From: the human T2T-CHM13v2.0 reference genome, Homo sapiens
Direction: 5' to 3' (one strand)
Length of the DNA: 64,000 nucleotides
Assembly: GCF_009914755.1 (NCBI RefSeq)
Contig: NC_060931.1
Position 1 is the first letter of the stretch; each line of letters starts with the position of its first letter. Below are positions 59,072 to 64,000 of this stretch, piece by piece. The translations under genes were made by a program, and so were the position numbers. The notes under the pieces are model-generated. The model was not told where the DNA came from and ran no database searches. It saw nothing but the letters and a program-made list of their open reading frames with translations.

Positions 59072-59863
59072 CATTTCTGTAACTGAAAATGTCCAAGGGC
59101 AACTGGAAATAATAAATTGAGCAAGGCTAAAATTTTGGAGTTAGAAAAACTAAAAGAAATTTAGTGTGTGTAGTATTATTTAGCACGAGAGGACAAGGGT
59201 TCTAGAAGTCTGTCACCAGATTTTCGATCAGTTCCTGTCACCATCCCACCGCTTTGGGTTCATCAAAGCCAACTATTCATTTCTGTCCTTCTGTGATCCT
59301 GAGATGGTTTAAGAAGCACTTTTTTAACTCTTATTTTCCCTTACTAAAAAAAATTAAGTTGGCTGGAACTTGTATTACATTGTTGCTTGAGGCAGTTTTG
59401 CAGCTGGAAGGTTGCGAACTAAATCAAAGCAGACTGTGCTCTTGTATTTCTGAATTATTAAACATTTACATGCGACTGGTTACACAGTGTCTTTTTAAGA
59501 AAATGTATACACCCTTGATTTAGCAGCAGAGTTTAGGGTCAGTACTTTGGAGGATACCTCGTTCTATCAGAAGGCATATTTTAGGCCAATTCAGCTAAAT
59601 TTTGCTGATGGAACAGGAAACTTAAGTGCAAGGGTGAATTTTTTAAAAACTTAAACCCATAGAGTACATAAACACTCTAAACCAGCAAGGCAAAGAAAAC
59701 GATGTTTTTATCATTCTGATTACTGAACTTCACCAGCCCAGTTCAAGATACATTAAAAAGTCGCTTAGATTGTCAATGGATCTTGTTTCAGTTGTTAAGC
59801 TTTTCCCTTTGTTTTCCTAAGGTCAGAGCACCAATTCTGTAGAAAGAGGCTAGAAAATCTGAA

Positions 59864-59917
59864 AAATAACTATTGGGTATTAAGCTTCAAACCTAAAACA
59901 AACGTTAAAAAAAAAAA
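59864..59917 (+). mobile_element. Miniature L1PA 3'-end insertion
   Basis: aaataactattgggta...aacctaaaacaaacgtt plus poly-A. TSD agaaaatctgaa at 59852-59863 and 59918-59929. Confidence 0.75.
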
Positions 59918-61237
59918 AGAAAATCTGAATAAGGTTGTAAAGTGCTCCAAGAATGCCAGCGTAGTTTTTACTCCTTCAGGATTCTAAAGTCATATCCTTT
60001 TGCAATGAAAAAAGTTAATGACGCTTTCAACAATGACAGATATGTAACAAAAACAGAAATTGAGTATGTATCCTCTAGTTTCTATGTGAGTTGTAGGTGA
60101 TACAATTAAGAGGACAACAGAAAACCAAGGTAAACTCTAAAAATCTGCCCTGGAGGGAAAATCATTTATCTACTTTCTTGTTGCCACTTTCCGAAAAAAT
60201 TTTTGTGAATCTTCCACAATTTGCATACTTTGCACATTGGGAAATATAGTGGTTATCCACAATAGTTAATGAGAACAGCCCAAGATTTCCATTTTTTCCA
60301 TAGTGTTTCATAACCTCTAGGCTAAGTCATCCTCTCTTTGACGTATCTTTAAACATTACACCTAGTATCAAATTATTCCATTGCATGGCATTTTGTTAAA
60401 ATATATTGAAATAAATATGTAATATGATATTTCCTGTGGTACAAGCACCTTGAAAATATTCCCACCAGTGATGGCTCATAGTCACATTATATTTGAGTGG
60501 TGATTGAGGGCATGTCTAATAATTATCTTTTCCATCCTTTCAAATAGTCAGCACTTCCCAGGCTCTGATTAATGGCCACTTTTAACTAGATTTCCCTTAA
60601 ATGATAAGATAAAAGAGACAGGAATCACCACTGAGTTTTGTGAGTTGTCAGTTCATAAGAACTGCATAGCTTTATCCCCCTGTATTGATCTGGGACATTG
60701 ATACAGTTAACTGTGATAGAAATAATTATTTTGTTCTTCCTCTTCTCTCTATGCTCAAAGACTAGTCTGGTTCAATATTGGCCTCAAGAATGTGCTTAGG
60801 CTCCAGAAATCCTAGATTACAATGTTTCAGACTCTCACCACAACCTCCTGACCTTCCACTTCTCAGAGGATTTTCTTTCCTCTGACCTTGACTTTACCCC
60901 CAGAGCCATCCCCTCCTGGACTCCTCATCTCCCCCCACCCCACTGTATGTGCCCTCTCACCAGTAGCTTTACAACCTACCTGAACCTGATGATTGATCTG
61001 TCTCCCTTCTCACCAGTACCTCAGTTTACCTACATCTTATCCTGCTGCCACACACTCACTGCGAATATTATCTGATCTTTGGACAAAAGACTAGAAACAA
61101 TCCAACTTTTCCTACTGAAAAGGAACTGAGAGCTGCTGGAGAAAGTTAAGTGACCCTGCAAATTGATGAAACTAAACTTCTGAGTTTCTGTTCCTCACAG
61201 AGCCGTGGGTACCTCCTATTGGCACATTTTTTTGGCT

Positions 61238-61871
61238 GTTTAAAAAATAGATTTAGGGGGTGCAAGTGAAGTTTTTTTACCAGGATATATTGTGTAGCTC
61301 CCACTTATAAATGAGAACATATAGTATTTGACTGTTTCAGAGTTATTTCACTTAGGATATGGCCTTCAGTTCCATCTGTGTTGCTGCAAAACACATGATT
61401 TCATCCCTTTTTTATAACTGCGTAGTATTCCATGGTATAGAATGCATAGATAATACATTTTCTTTATCCTATCAAACATTGATGGACATGTGATTGATTT
61501 CATGAGTTTACTGTGTGAATAGTGCTGCAATAAACAAACGAGTGCAGATATCTTTTTTATACAATGATATATTTTTATTTGGGTTGATACTCAGTAGTGG
61601 GATTACTGAATTAAATGGCTGTTCTATTTTCAGTTCTTTGAGAAATCTCTATAGCTTTTTCCATAGAGGTTGTACATCCAACCAATAGTGCATAAGCATT
61701 CCCTTTCTTCTTCATCCTTGCCCTCTGTTATTTTTGACTTTTTCATAGTAGCCATTCTGACTGCTGTAAAAATGGCATCTCATTGTGGTTTTAATTGCAT
61801 TTCTTTGATTATTAGTGATGTTGAGCATTTTTGTATTTTTTTTTGGCCACTTGTATGTCTTCTTTTGAAAA
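61238..61871 (-). mobile_element. L1MA-type 3' end
   Basis: atagatttagggggtgcaagtg...cccacttataaatgagaacat...attagtgatgttgagcattt. Confidence 0.9.
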
Positions 61872-62096
61872 CTGGGTGGGGACACAGCAAAACCATATCA
61901 AAGAATGTGTGAAAGAGACCCTACCTATAGAAATAAGAATAGAAATAACAAAATAGTGTGTTTTGGAAACCAAGAGCATATCAAATTTTAAAAAGAAAGG
62001 GGGCCAGTCATGGCCTTTGCTCATGTCCTTTGCTCACTTTTATTTGCCCATGGTAAAATTTCCCTTTTATTCCATGCAATGACTCTTCTAAATCTA

Positions 62097-62371
<275 letters not shown>

Positions 62372-62467
62372 ATTCAAAATCCAACCCAGTCTCCTACTTT
62401 CCTGTTCTCACACATTTTTTCAATCTTAACCTCTCTCTAGATTTTGCTTAAAGTGTTCAGTGGTTCA

Positions 62468-62469
<2 letters not shown>

Positions 62470-62498
<29 letters not shown>
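62470..62498. repeat. (TG)14 microsatellite
   Basis: Perfect run. Confidence 0.95.
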
Positions 62499-62500
<2 letters not shown>

Positions 62501-62977
62501 AATTCTGAACTGTCCATCCAAAAATGTATTTACCACCACCCATGTTTACCTTTTTTCCTCTGGTCTAACAGTGACAGCCAACCACCCAGCCCTGAGCCTC
62601 ATGCACAACCTTCAGTCATCCACTATCTCCCTTACATATTCAATCTCTTCTTGCCTACCTCCTCCCTTACTTATACTCCCACACCAAAACAGAAATAAGG
62701 ACGAATACCTTCCCTTGAATTTCATACTCCGAGAGCTACTTTTTAATCTCACAAGTTCAGATTAATCAGGAAGAAGAGATAAACCCAGACTACCTTATCT
62801 GGTGTTTGCCCTTCATCTGCTGAATTCTGGCTCCCATTCTCAGCATGCTGTTGAAATTGCTCTATTGGGGTCCATCATAACATTACAGCCAAATTTAATA
62901 GTCATTTTTAGTTTATATCTTAGTGGATCTCTCTACTTTATATGACATTGTCTATCACCCCCCCCCCCCCCCGCCGC

Positions 62978-63268
62978 TTTTTAAGAGACAGGATCTTGCT
63001 CTGTAAACCAGGCTGGAGTGCAGTGGCACCATCACAGTTCACTGCAGCCTCAAACTCTTTGGCTCTAAGTGATCCTCTTGCCTCAGCCTGCTGCATAGTT
63101 GGGACTACAGACATACACCACCATGCACAGCTAGTTTCTTAAATTTTTTGTAGAGATGGGGTCTTTCTATGTTGCCCATACTGGTCTCAAACTGCTGTCT
63201 TTAAGCAATCCTCCCACATTAGCCTCCCAAAATGCTGGGATTACAGGTGTGAGCCACTACAACTGGCC
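62978..63268 (-). mobile_element. AluJ
   Basis: Diverged dimer with cagcctcaaactc...aagtgatcctc. Confidence 0.9.
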
Positions 63269-63370
63269 TCCCTTTCTTTTTAAAATTTGATATGCTCTTG
63301 GTTTCCAAAACACACTATTTTAATATTTCTATTCTGATTTCTGTAAGTGGGGTCTCTTTCACATATTCCT

Positions 63371-63726
63371 TGATATGGTTTTGCTGTGTCCCCACCCAAA
63401 TCTCATCTTGAATTATAGCTTTCACAATTCTCATGTGTCATGGGAGGAACCCGGTGGAAGGTAATTGAAACATGGGGTAGGTCTTTCCCATGCTTTTCTC
63501 GTGATAGTGAACAAGTCTCACAAAATCTGATGATTTTATAAGGGGGAGTTTCCCTGCGCAAATTCTCTCTTGCCTGCCACCATGTAAGACATGTCTTTTG
63601 CCTTCTGCCATGATTGTGAGGCCTCCCCAGCCACATGGAAATGTGAGTCCATTAAACCTCTTTTTCCTTATAAATTCCTCAGTCTCAGGTATGTCTTTAT
63701 CAGCAACATGAAAATGGACTAATATA
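63371..63726 (+). mobile_element. THE1B/C solo LTR
   Basis: tgatatggttttgctgtgtccccacccaaatctc...ggactaatata with TSD ttcct/ttctt. Confidence 0.93.
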
Positions 63727-64000
63727 TTCTTTAATTTTGGATTATTTTCTCAACTCTCTGCCTTGATACACATGAAGAACAAGTAAAATTAATTTATGTC
63801 AGTTTCAGCTAACATCAGTGTGCTTTTGACTTCAGAACTTTTTTTTTCATCTCAATTCCTTCCCCTTCTTGAGATGTGGACAAAATCTTTACCAGCTGGC
63901 TGAACCCGATTATTACTTCTTGAGAAGTTCCCAAATCCAGTATTTCTTAAATGAAAGTCTTCCCACTACTGTGCATCCTTTTCCTAATCCCTTCTGTATA

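Overview
This is primate, very probably human, non-genic DNA. It is AT-rich and made up largely of interspersed repeats: L1 remnants of several ages, 14 Alu copies or fragments, two complete THE1D MaLR proviruses, solo THE1/MLT1/MER4-group LTRs, MIR/L2, hAT and Tigger MITEs, and STRs. No intact protein-coding gene is supported; most listed ORFs are repeat-derived or chance. The main result is a ~1.9 kb non-repeat block (~13190-15066, + strand). Read across its stops and frameshifts, it gives collinear motif matches first to the bornavirus nucleoprotein N and then to the phosphoprotein P, in viral gene order, ending near a short A run. It is a candidate decayed endogenous bornavirus-like element (EBLN plus EBLP). 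The viral sequences were compared from memory and by eye, so tBLASTn confirmation is needed. Secondary findings are several local inverted templated duplications, including a 171-bp palindromic mosaic at 58901-59071, and two very short TSD-flanked retroposed insertions. Repeat subfamily names come from recalled consensus sequences, and boundaries without a TSD are approximate.
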